Shown here piece by piece: positions 33,895 through 42,070 of a stretch of 64,000 bases of DNA. The DNA is taken from assembly GCA_030523325.1 (NCBI GenBank), contig JAUNIS010000001.1, forward strand, positions 70,251 through 134,250. Reading direction: 5' to 3'. The first letter of the stretch is position 1. Each line of letters begins with the position of its first letter. The position numbers and the translations under genes were made by a program. The notes under the pieces are model-generated. The model saw only the letters and a program-made list of their open reading frames with translations. It was not told where the DNA came from and did not search any database. The DNA comes from Phascolarctobacterium sp. (GTDB lineage Bacteria; Bacillota; Negativicutes; Acidaminococcales; Acidaminococcaceae).

Positions 33895-36027
33895 CTACAT
33901 CTTGATATGGCGCAATTTTCTGAGCATATCGTTTAAATCTACCGGCTTCGTCAAATATTCATTCATGCCTGCTTCAAGAGCTCTATCCACATCTTCTTTC
34001 ATGGTATTAGCACTGCAGCCAAAAATTTTGATGGTCTTAGCATCCGGTCTATCCATAGCACGAATAATTTTTGTTGCTTCGCAGCCATCGTGCACGGGCA
34101 TCAAGACGTCCATCAAAATTAAATTGTATTCGTAAGGCTTGGACTTAGCAAACATTTCTACAACCTTGCCGCCGTCTTCCGCGTGTTGTACGTTAACGCC
34201 CTCGTCTTGTAATACTTCTATTAAAATCTCGGCGTTGAGTTCGTTGTCTTCGGCTACAAGAATGTGCAGGTCTTCGAGTTTAATTTCTGCAGTCGAATCG
34301 ATATTAGCATCAGCAGGTGCTTCAGCAATCTCCAAGGGAATGCTCAAGGTAAAGGTACTGCCTTCGTCTAATTTACTTTGTACCTGTAGGTCAGCGCCCA
34401 TCTGTTTACTCAACATACCGCTGATGGACATGCCTAAGCCCGTGCCTTTAACACTGCCCTGGATCTTGTTGCGTTCCTGACTAAAAGCATCGAAAATTTT
34501 CTTTTGGAATCCTTCACTCATACCAACACCCGTATCGGACATGATAAAAGTGGTGAGTGCTTTGTCATCTTCTATTTCTTGATTAATGGTAAAGGTGATG
34601 ACGCCACCAGACGGAGTAAACTTGGCAGCGTTGCCCAAAATATTCATAAGGATTTGCTTAATATGAAGCTCGTCGCCTTTAACCCATTTAGAAACACTAT
34701 TATTGTTTACGATGAATTCAATGCCGCGAGAAGTAATATTTTCTCTTTGCATGGCTTCTACGGTCGCAATCATTTCATCAATGTCAAAATCTTCAGAGAC
34801 AATGTCAAATTTACCGGCTTGCAGTTTGGACATATCAAGTACGTCATTAACAAGACTCAAAAGATAGTTCGCCGTGTTCTTGGACTTGATGAGATAATCT
34901 TGCATCTTTGGTTTATCGTCTAGATTCATTTGCATCAAATGATTCAGACCAATAAGGCCGTTGAGCGGCGTACGAATTTCATGGCTCATGTTAGACAAGA
35001 ATTCGCTGCGCGCTCTCACGGATTGTTGCGACACGTTGTACATCATAAAGGTGATAGCGATACCCATGAGTACTAACAAAATAACGCCCGTCATTAAAAT
35101 CGTAATACCTAAGAGCTCGTTACTTCTTTGTACGAACAAACGGATAGGTACGTTCATAAGGAAGTACCAGTCAATCTCTTCGATAGGAATAATGGCGATA
35201 GCGTATTCTTCACCATTGGTATGAATATGGGAGGAAAAGAAAGATCTGTTATCGCGAATAGCTTCTTTGATTTGCGCTATGATTTGTTTGTTGTCTTGGG
35301 TAGATGCTTCCATGCGCTGATAAATACTCGTACGGCTCCAAATGGTAGCACTCGACTCTTCATTAACAACGTAAAAACCCTCAGCATCGATAACACTACT
35401 AAAGCCTTGGTTCTGGAAAGAATTTATTTTTAAATTATTACGAATATCGATCAAGTCGTTGGAGCCGATGATCGCAACAATTTCTTTGTCTTCAACCTTG
35501 AAATTGGTTAAGCGTTGTCCAAAAACGATGGACTCGTGCTCGGCCTCCAAAAAACCAGCCTTCGTATCCATGCGAGCTGTAAAAGTATCCTTGCCGAGAG
35601 AAAACATTTTGAGAATCTCCAGCCCGCCCTTGTCTATTCTATTGTAAGTATTTTCGTAAATAGTACCTTCACTATCTACCACGTAGAGCTCGTAGAAACC
35701 ATTACGTCCACTGAGCCTATTGAGAGTTGTTTGTAGCTCGTCCAATGTTTTAGGGTCAGATCTTTGCAAAATGTAACCAACATTATCTACAACATAATGC
35801 TTTTCCTTAACGTAGGTAGTAATAACGCGAGCGTCATGGTTGGCTAGCTCGACCATATTATCGTGAGTAGTCTCTACTACGATGCTCTTGATCATCTGCA
35901 CAAAAGTAAAACCGGTAACTATTATAAAAATGAAGCCTGCTGCTATGGCCCAATAATAATATTTGAATTGGCTGTAGCTGGGCAAGATATCGTCCAGTTT
36001 ATCCTTCAGATTCCGCCACCATGTCAT
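33895..36027 (-). CDS. Hybrid sensor histidine kinase (periplasmic Cache-like domain, HisKA, HATPase, receiver)
   Basis: 710 aa. Two TM helices flank about 270 aa. H-box SHEIRTPLNG. N/G boxes GNAAKFTP, DTGVGM, GTGLGMSI. Receiver ILVAEDNELN...MDVLMPVHDG. Confidence 0.85.
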   Translation of the reverse strand: MTWWRNLKDKLDDILPSYSQFKYYYWAIAAGFIFIIVTGFTFVQMIKSIVVETTHDNMVELANHDARVITTYVKEKHYVVDNVGYILQRSDPKTLDELQTTLNRLSGRNGFYELYVVDSEGTIYENTYNRIDKGGLEILKMFSLGKDTFTARMDTKAGFLEAEHESIVFGQRLTNFKVEDKEIVAIIGSNDLIDIRNNLKINSFQNQGFSSVIDAEGFYVVNEESSATIWSRTSIYQRMEASTQDNKQIIAQIKEAIRDNRSFFSSHIHTNGEEYAIAIIPIEEIDWYFLMNVPIRLFVQRSNELLGITILMTGVILLVLMGIAITFMMYNVSQQSVRARSEFLSNMSHEIRTPLNGLIGLNHLMQMNLDDKPKMQDYLIKSKNTANYLLSLVNDVLDMSKLQAGKFDIVSEDFDIDEMIATVEAMQRENITSRGIEFIVNNNSVSKWVKGDELHIKQILMNILGNAAKFTPSGGVITFTINQEIEDDKALTTFIMSDTGVGMSEGFQKKIFDAFSQERNKIQGSVKGTGLGMSISGMLSKQMGADLQVQSKLDEGSTFTLSIPLEIAEAPADANIDSTAEIKLEDLHILVAEDNELNAEILIEVLQDEGVNVQHAEDGGKVVEMFAKSKPYEYNLILMDVLMPVHDGCEATKIIRAMDRPDAKTIKIFGCSANTMKEDVDRALEAGMNEYLTKPVDLNDMLRKLRHIKM

Positions 36028-36334
36028 CTATCAGCACATCCTTTCGTAGGCAACTGAGGACGTTTCCTCAAGTCGTTAGTTCAAGCTTTTATCTTCTGAA
36101 CCTTTCCGTAAATTGTAAAAGAAAAGTTTTTACAATTTGATTAGAAGTCAGTAATTTTTCTAGCAATTTATCAAAGTGTTGCTTGTATTTACACTTATAG
36201 TTATACACGATAAGTATACTACAATTTTGTAGCAAAAACAAGATTTCGTGAAAATTTTACAAAAATTATTTTCGATTGTAAAATAAATGACAATCTGTTC
36301 TCTCAAATACGGTCAGCGATGTAAAAAATAAGAA

Positions 36335-36363
36335 AACCACAGTCACGAAGCCGGACTGTGGTT
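36335..36363 (-). terminator. Terminator at the distal end of the AT-rich island
   Basis: AACCACAGTC-loop-GACTGTGGTT. On the minus strand TTTCTTATTTTTT follows. Confidence 0.7.
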
Positions 36364-36407
36364 CTTTTGGGTTTGTTGAGTTTCTTTAGGAGAAAAGCAT
36401 TGGATTT

Positions 36408-37187
36408 TTAATCCTTTAGCCATGCTTGTATCTCAGATGATTTTTTAACAATTTCTTTTAAATATTGTCTCCGGGAGAACAAGTCCTTTCCTTTCACTAA
36501 TTTATCTATACATAATTCGAATATTATATCGTCGATTTCTGCGTCATTTTCTAATTTTGATAGTATTTTGGCTTCTACTTCGCTGTCAGAATATGTTAAA
36601 TCCCTGAGACTAGATATCTTGCCAGATTTATATGCTTTAACGTCTTCAATCATTTTTTCTACAGCTTTATCAACTAATTCTTTTTTGGATTCTGTTAATA
36701 AATAATCAAAGTCAATGCTGTCATAATGCGTGTACAACATATATTCTGGCCATTCGTTATCGTCCTGCCAAAAGACTCTGCCTTTAATTCGATCCAGTAT
36801 AATATCTTCTATTCCGATTATTTTAGCTTTTCCGTATTCGGTTTCAATTTCTTGGACTCTGTTTATGTCACCAGCTAGAGGAGCCTTAGGAAATTCTATA
36901 ATTACATTCGTATCAGGATGAGACCATATGTATTGATTGTCAATGTTAAATCCAAGAGAATTCATAATCTCTGCTATTTTGAAATCGTCCCTAGCAATAA
37001 AATCTAAGTCAGACGTCATATAGCTAGCTGCTGTATAAAATTCTACCGCCGAGCCACCTACTACGACTAGTTCATTAGAAAACTGCTTAGCTCTTTCGGA
37101 TATTAAAGCTGCAATATTAATTCTTTCTGCAATTTTATTGGTTGAATATTTGTTATGAATTTCTTTGATTAAATTTTCTCTGGACAT
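36408..37187 (-). CDS. Nucleotidyltransferase-fold protein (minimal NTase/AbiEii/MNT-like signature) with helical C-terminal domain
   Basis: 259 aa. VVVGGSAVEFYTAASYMTSDLDFIA matches the G[GS]-x(10-13)-D-x-D pol-beta NTase signature. AT-rich. Confidence 0.5.
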   Translation of the reverse strand: MSRENLIKEIHNKYSTNKIAERINIAALISERAKQFSNELVVVGGSAVEFYTAASYMTSDLDFIARDDFKIAEIMNSLGFNIDNQYIWSHPDTNVIIEFPKAPLAGDINRVQEIETEYGKAKIIGIEDIILDRIKGRVFWQDDNEWPEYMLYTHYDSIDFDYLLTESKKELVDKAVEKMIEDVKAYKSGKISSLRDLTYSDSEVEAKILSKLENDAEIDDIIFELCIDKLVKGKDLFSRRQYLKEIVKKSSEIQAWLKD

Positions 37188-37393
37188 AATTTATAGCCTT
37201 TTTCGGTTACAACTAAAAATCCTGTTGCTAACCATTCGTCCCATGCCTTTTTACAACTGATAGCTAATGCTAGTTTTTTCTCTGTACTTCTTGTTTTATG
37301 ACCTTTTTTCTTAGGCCTCATAGAAGGCGGAGTGTTAGAAAGCTTTTCTTCTATTTCTTTTTGCCAATCGTCTAAATTTTTAACGGTTCGCAT
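37169..37393 (-). CDS. Small basic protein, overlaps the downstream NTase-fold gene by 19 nt (possible partner or antitoxin-like)
   Basis: 74-aa ORF with basic centre RPKKKGHKTRSTEKK. The 19-nt overlap suggests translational coupling. Confidence 0.4.
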   Translation of the reverse strand: MRTVKNLDDWQKEIEEKLSNTPPSMRPKKKGHKTRSTEKKLALAISCKKAWDEWLATGFLVVTEKGYKLCPEKI

Positions 37394-37529
37394 CTTATCA
37401 CCTCAGTTTATCTACGATAGTAGAAATTAAAAAAGTTTTGTTTTGAGATTGTACATTTATTTTACTCTAAGTTAATGTTTTCTTCAACAAGAAGTTCACG
37501 CACGGCCGCGTAAATTTACTGTAGGAAAG

Positions 37530-37565
37530 AACAAGAGAGACTACACCATTTTTTTACAATTAACT
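37530..37565. repeat. Island direct repeat DR, copy 1
   Basis: AACAAGAGAGACTACACCATTTTTTTACAATTAACT. Matches 38627..38663 apart from one T/G change and a 1-nt indel in the T-run. Confidence 0.85.
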
Positions 37566-37622
37566 CATTAGCTAAGTTATCGATAAAAAAATTTTTCCTC
37601 GCTAGTTAACCATTCAGATGAT

Positions 37623-37658
37623 TTTAACTTTATCATTCAAATTAAAAAAGTTAAAAGT
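37623..37658. repeat. Island inverted-repeat element H, copy 1
   Basis: TTTTAACTTTATCATTCAAATTAAAAAAGTTAAAAG, with arms TTTTAACTT/AAGTTAAAA. Overlaps the amidotransferase stop codon. Confidence 0.8.
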
Positions 37659-38574
37659 TAGCGCATTCCACAAGTTTTTTAAAGAACCTTAAAGCTATAT
37701 CATAATCGGCCGGAGTATTTTGTTTATCGCAAAGAACCAGTTTAACTTCATTTTCCGGATGAAATTGAACGCCAACACAGAATTTTTTACCAGGATGCTC
37801 GATAGCCTCAGTAATTTCCACGCCATTATAAATTGTTCTCGCGGTCTGCACAAGTTCGGTGCCATCAAGACTTCCAACTGCTTGATGATGCCAGGATGAG
37901 ACACTCTTAAGAATATCTGCTCCTACAATTTCGTACATATGGGAATTGCGGCCCACTAGCTCTACATCATGACGAACATAGCGCTCACCATTAGTTGCAA
38001 GCAACGCTCTATGGATATCGTTAGTATAATCTGAATTATTTGCCTCGTAATAGTCTCTAATTTCTTGGATATATCCCGAGCCGGCCACAATCCCCATTAT
38101 TTGCATCCCGCGGCAAACAGAAATGATAGGAATGTCGTTATCCATACAATAGGCCATGATAATATAGTCAGAAATGTCACGGGCAGCATCTAACTTTTCT
38201 CCAGCATTAGCGACTTTTTCTGGAACTTTAAATAAGGTAGAACTAATATCCTCGCCGCCAATCATGAAAACTCCGTCGATACCATCCAAAACATTCTCTA
38301 CGTTTGTTTCTGCATAATTTTTATTCTTAATCTTGTCGGCAAAGCTTTGCTTAAGTGCACCAGAAGTTTCAATCTCTTCACCGACAACTTGCCCGTTGCT
38401 ATCATATTTTATAACGCTGTTTTTAACTTGTTTTAGGAGAACGGGAATGCCTCCAGCCGCTTCAACAACCTTTTCAAAAACATCATAGCCAACAGAACTA
38501 TTCACGGTGCTGTTGCACCATGTGATCCCAATTACTGGTTTTTTTCCATTTTCTATAAGCTGTTTATTTTCCAT
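37651..38574 (-). CDS. Class-I glutamine amidotransferase-like / peptidase C26 (PuuD, gamma-glutamyl hydrolase family)
   Basis: 307 aa with nucleophile elbow ISVCRGMQIM, then WHHQAV and GVQFHPE. Confidence 0.8.
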   Translation of the reverse strand: MENKQLIENGKKPVIGITWCNSTVNSSVGYDVFEKVVEAAGGIPVLLKQVKNSVIKYDSNGQVVGEEIETSGALKQSFADKIKNKNYAETNVENVLDGIDGVFMIGGEDISSTLFKVPEKVANAGEKLDAARDISDYIIMAYCMDNDIPIISVCRGMQIMGIVAGSGYIQEIRDYYEANNSDYTNDIHRALLATNGERYVRHDVELVGRNSHMYEIVGADILKSVSSWHHQAVGSLDGTELVQTARTIYNGVEITEAIEHPGKKFCVGVQFHPENEVKLVLCDKQNTPADYDIALRFFKKLVECANF

Positions 38575-38626
38575 TTTTTATTCAACCCTCAAGAAATCTC
38601 ACAGGTCTATCTTATCACTAATAAAT

Positions 38627-38663
38627 AACAAGAGAGACTACACCATTTTTGTTACAATTAACT
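38627..38663. repeat. Island direct repeat DR, copy 2
   Basis: AACAAGAGAGACTACACCATTTTTGTTACAATTAACT. Its last bases contain the stop codon of the ATPase gene. Confidence 0.85.
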
Positions 38664-40442
38664 TTGGTTCAACGAGTCTGGCATACTATTTAAGTATTCT
38701 TCAACGTTGACGTAATGTATTCCGTTTTCGAAACAGGACTCTCCTCTGTAAATTAAATATTTGCCTTCTATATCACCGTAACGAAATTCTGTCTGTTCAC
38801 ATTTTGTCTTATCCTTAAGATGCACTAACTGTTGGGGAACTCTTTCTGTGCTATGTTTGATTTCATAAATTTTACAAGAGGCTGTTTCAGGATTGAAGAC
38901 TACCATGTCAAATTCCCCTATCGTGAATTTTAATTTGAAAACTTTACACTGAGGCAATGCTTTTTTCGTTTCCAAAAGAACAATTTCCTCCATCATTCTG
39001 CCTTGTACCTCAGAAAGAATTCTCCTGGTAGCAAGATTACGTTCCTTTAATGAAAAATTACGAAAAATTTCATCTGCCATAATATGCTCCACCAAAGCTT
39101 TTGCCTGTGCGTAACGAAGACCGGGCTGACTAAAAACGATATTTGTCGTCTTTTTATTAAAATCATTGATATCAACCACGTCGATATCAATGATCAAATC
39201 AAGCATATTTAAATATTCTTTGATTTGTCTTATGTGGTGATCCTGTAATTTTATTTTTTGTTCGTCTTGATTTTTAATTTCCAGAGTCTTGCGAAGTTTT
39301 TCGGTGATATCGTCTTTATTAATTTGCAATAAAATATCACTAGGGTTTTCTCTATCCTTCAACATATTTTTACTTGAAATAGACAAGTCGCCAGATTTAA
39401 ATTCTTTAGTTAATACTTCTATGGTAAAACGATGGTTTATATCTTCTACGACTCTGTTTATCGCATTCGTCAGCTCATTTTCTTCATAAAGCTCAGCAAG
39501 GCCTAAAAAATGTTCGCCGCCTTCATAATTTTTTAGAGAATGTTGAATATTTTTAGCGATTGCAGTACCAATGTATTCATTCGTTTTTTCTACAGTAGAG
39601 AAAATGTTATTATCTTGGTTGTAATTTTTGCCGCTGGTACTCATCGTACCACCATATTGGATGTAATTATCTATTCCTTTGACACCGAGAACTTTTTCGA
39701 ATTCGCGATAGGGAATAAAAGTTGTGTGCAGCATGAAGCATCTGTCATAAAGTTCGTTGCTTTCCGTTAGTCTAAATCCTAAGGAATCCGTTCCGGACAG
39801 AACGATTTTCATGCCTGTGCTTGCAAAAACATCACTGAAAAGCGCTGCATGTTCAATGAAATCTTCCATCAATGTTACTTCATCTATAAAAATATATTTG
39901 TAGCCTTGTCGGGATAATTTGCGTAAATCTAAATTAATTTTTTCCAAATCGATTGATGAAGTAATTTGTAGATAAGCTGTTTTGGACTGCATTTCTTTCG
40001 GCATATCACAAATTATCTGCCGTATTAAAGTTGTTTTTCCCGTACGACGCAGCCCGTATAACACAAAAACTTTATCTATGCTGTCTCCGTAAACATAATC
40101 GCGTAATTCCGAAAAGCAATGACGTTTTTTTAATAATCTAGTTGGATTAACAAAAGCAAGTAACTCGTCATCGCATTTTATTAAAGAAAAATATTCTTCC
40201 TCAATAGTTGTTTGTTGTGAAACGGCGAGTTTCTTTAATTGATTTTCGATTTTTTTTCTGGTTGCAATATCTTTAATTAATTGTGCTAATTCTGATTCTT
40301 TGACGATACAGCTTTTTTGTTTACCGTTTTCCCGCCATTGATGATACGGATATTTTTTTCCGTTTATCGTTTTATAGGTGATGTTTCCTTTAGGCAATTT
40401 ATCAATTTTATCTTGCAAATAACGAATCTGTACTAAATCCAT
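38658..40442 (-). CDS. AAA-type ATPase with C-terminal PD-(D/E)xK nuclease-like module (AAA_14/DUF4143-like architecture)
   Basis: 594 aa. Walker A GLRRTGKTT. Walker B YIFIDEVTLM. C-terminal GEFDMVVFNPETASCKIYEIKHS (D...E-x-K). N-terminal KTINGKKYPYHQWRENGKQKS beta-hairpin-like motif. Confidence 0.65.
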   Translation of the reverse strand: MDLVQIRYLQDKIDKLPKGNITYKTINGKKYPYHQWRENGKQKSCIVKESELAQLIKDIATRKKIENQLKKLAVSQQTTIEEEYFSLIKCDDELLAFVNPTRLLKKRHCFSELRDYVYGDSIDKVFVLYGLRRTGKTTLIRQIICDMPKEMQSKTAYLQITSSIDLEKINLDLRKLSRQGYKYIFIDEVTLMEDFIEHAALFSDVFASTGMKIVLSGTDSLGFRLTESNELYDRCFMLHTTFIPYREFEKVLGVKGIDNYIQYGGTMSTSGKNYNQDNNIFSTVEKTNEYIGTAIAKNIQHSLKNYEGGEHFLGLAELYEENELTNAINRVVEDINHRFTIEVLTKEFKSGDLSISSKNMLKDRENPSDILLQINKDDITEKLRKTLEIKNQDEQKIKLQDHHIRQIKEYLNMLDLIIDIDVVDINDFNKKTTNIVFSQPGLRYAQAKALVEHIMADEIFRNFSLKERNLATRRILSEVQGRMMEEIVLLETKKALPQCKVFKLKFTIGEFDMVVFNPETASCKIYEIKHSTERVPQQLVHLKDKTKCEQTEFRYGDIEGKYLIYRGESCFENGIHYVNVEEYLNSMPDSLNQS

Positions 40443-40475
40443 AGCATCTCACCTCGCTTAAGAAAATTTTAACTT

Positions 40476-40509
40476 TTTTAACTTTATCAGTCAAGTTAAA
40501 AAGTTAAAA
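40476..40509. repeat. Island inverted-repeat element H, copy 2
   Basis: TTTTAACTTTATCAGTCAAGTTAAAAAGTTAAAA, about 35 nt upstream of the ATPase start. An extra half-copy TTTTAACTTTT lies just before it. Confidence 0.8.
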
Positions 40510-40563
40510 CTGCTTTGCAGAAAAAATTTTCTGCAAGAGAAAAGCACTCTAACTAAAAAAGCA

Positions 40564-40595
40564 AATAAAAAAAGCACCTACACTAATGTAGGTGC
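40564..40595 (-). terminator. Terminator of tRNA-Ser(GCU)
   Basis: Minus strand GCACCTACA-TTAG-TGTAGGTGC followed by TTTTTTTATTT. Confidence 0.75.
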
Positions 40596-40608
40596 AAATT
40601 TTTAATAG

Positions 40609-40699
40609 TGGCGGAGTGGGTGGGTTTCGAACCCACGCACGGTTTAACCCGCCTAACGATTTAGCAAACCGTCCTCTTCAGCCACTTGAGTACCACTCC
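40609..40699 (-). tRNA. tRNA-Ser (anticodon GCU)
   Basis: Minus strand GGAGTGGTACTCAAGTGGCTGAAGAGGACGGTTTGCTAAATCGT...long variable arm...GGGTTCGAAACCCACCCACTCCGCCA. Confidence 0.85.
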
Positions 40700-40765
40700 G
40701 TTTGACTATAACATTATATCAAAACACTTGTAAGAATGCAAGTGTTTTTTATAAAAGCAAAAAAT

Positions 40766-40853
40766 TGGCGGAAAGGGTGGGATTCGAACCCACGGAGGCT
40801 CGCACCTCGGCAGTTTTCAAGACTGCTGTCATAAACCGCTCGACCACCTTTCC
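40766..40853 (-). tRNA. tRNA-Ser (anticodon UGA)
   Basis: Minus strand GGAAAGGTGGTCGAGCGGTTTATGACAGCAGTCTTGAAAACTGC...GGGTTCGAATCCCACCCTTTCCGCCA. Confidence 0.85.
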
Positions 40854-40904
40854 GTACAGTAACTTATTATACTTGAATTAAAGGTTTTCGTCAAGACAAA
40901 ACGT

Positions 40905-41537
40905 TTAACCCAAAACCTCATTAGTTCTATTGATAACTTTTTCTTCTAACAAATAACCCTCGTGCTGCATATCCGCAAGTTCTTTGCGAGCTGCCTTGTT
41001 AAAAGCTTCATCCTTCGTCAGACTTAAGTTAACAAACACGTTATATGCAGCACAACGTAAGGATGCATAAGCAAGAATTGCGCTACAAGTTGCGTCAGTA
41101 ATAACGTTAGGATTACCAAACTTAGCCATGCCCACAGAAATTTTTAAAACAGCAAAGCTACTGCGAGCAATCTCTAAAGGAATGCTAGCAGCTTTTTTCG
41201 CAGCGCTGCGAATCGCTTGAGTACGAGCACGTTTTTCTTCTTCCGTTTGCTTGGGCAATTTATAGACGGACATAAAATATTCGAAAACTTTGGCATCCTC
41301 GTCGGCACACTGAAGTAATTTTTCCCGCAGGGAAGTCGCCTCGCTTAGCAAAGCGACAATTTGTTCTTCCTGCGCAGCAAAAGCTTCTTTACCGACAGTT
41401 AAATTGCCAACCATACTACTCAGTGCTGCACCAAGTGCCCCAGCCATTGCCGACGCACCACCCCCGCCCGGAGCAGGAGCATGGGATGCTAAAAGACTTA
41501 AGAACTCTTCGTTTGAAAGTTCAGCAAAAGAACTCAT
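40905..41537 (-). CDS. Cyclodeaminase/cyclohydrolase family protein (FtcD C-domain-like; folate one-carbon)
   Basis: FLSLLASHAPAPGGGGASAMAGALGAALSSMVGNLTVGK is the signature of this family. ATG at 41537 preferred. Confidence 0.75.
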   Translation of the reverse strand: MSSFAELSNEEFLSLLASHAPAPGGGGASAMAGALGAALSSMVGNLTVGKEAFAAQEEQIVALLSEATSLREKLLQCADEDAKVFEYFMSVYKLPKQTEEEKRARTQAIRSAAKKAASIPLEIARSSFAVLKISVGMAKFGNPNVITDATCSAILAYASLRCAAYNVFVNLSLTKDEAFNKAARKELADMQHEGYLLEEKVINRTNEVLG

Positions 41538-41614
41538 ATTAGTCACTCTCCATAATTTATCAGTAAAACGCAACGCAAAAGCTCGCGCAAAAAAATAACT
41601 TGTAAATTCAAAAT

Positions 41615-41647
41615 TTTTAGCCCAGCGATTTAACGCGGGGCTAAAAA
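41615..41647 (-). terminator. Terminator after the RNase-H-fold gene
   Basis: Minus strand TTTTTAGCCCC-loop-GGGCTAAAAA followed by TTTTGAATTT. Confidence 0.6.
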
Positions 41648-42070
41648 TTATTTTTCAACTTTTTCTTCGAAATGACGGTGCACTTGAATTACAGCTGCAT
41701 AAGCATCAAGTGGTTCGGGAGGAACCTGCATGCTGATAGGCAAGAACCTGCGCCAACCCTTGGGGGGATTAATCTCCCAATAAAGCTGTCTTGCTTCTTC
41801 CGTGCTATGAGCCTCGTCAACAACAAATTGGCGTACCCAAGGAAGAACACGTTTAATCTGCTCAGAGACAAACTTACTATTTGTTCCGTCTCCAATAATT
41901 ACCGCAGCAATGCGACGCTTATTCAAAAACTCTTCCAGTTCAACTCTAAGAAGAGCTGTTTTCGCAATATGAAGTTCAATAATATCTCCGCGTATATCTA
42001 CGAGAGCAAGACCAGTCTTGCTGCGACCCGGATCAACGCCTAAAAAGATTTTATCACTCAAGGGGTACAA
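41648..42070 (-). CDS. RNase-H-fold (YqgF/RuvX-like) nuclease-family protein
   Basis: 140 aa. FLGVDPGRSKTGLALVD start and IIGDGTNS. Overlaps the upstream gene by 17 nt. Confidence 0.55.
   Translation of the reverse strand: MYPLSDKIFLGVDPGRSKTGLALVDIRGDIIELHIAKTALLRVELEEFLNKRRIAAVIIGDGTNSKFVSEQIKRVLPWVRQFVVDEAHSTEEARQLYWEINPPKGWRRFLPISMQVPPEPLDAYAAVIQVHRHFEEKVEK

Noticed and set aside
37623-40509. The H inverted repeats as integron attC sites (TTTTAAC ... GTTAAAA resembles RYYYAAC/GTTRRRY cores)
   Set aside because: The elements are only ~35 nt, whereas attC is usually about 55-140 nt. The core matches are imperfect at the R and Y positions. One copy is 5' rather than 3' of its gene. No intI or attI is present in the window.
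36060-40700. The island as a classical integrase-mediated tRNA insertion
   Set aside because: I looked for a direct repeat of the tRNA-Ser(GCU) 3' end at the distal boundary (36.0-36.4 kb) and for an integrase or transposase ORF, and found neither. The island status is kept as a finding on compositional and content grounds only.
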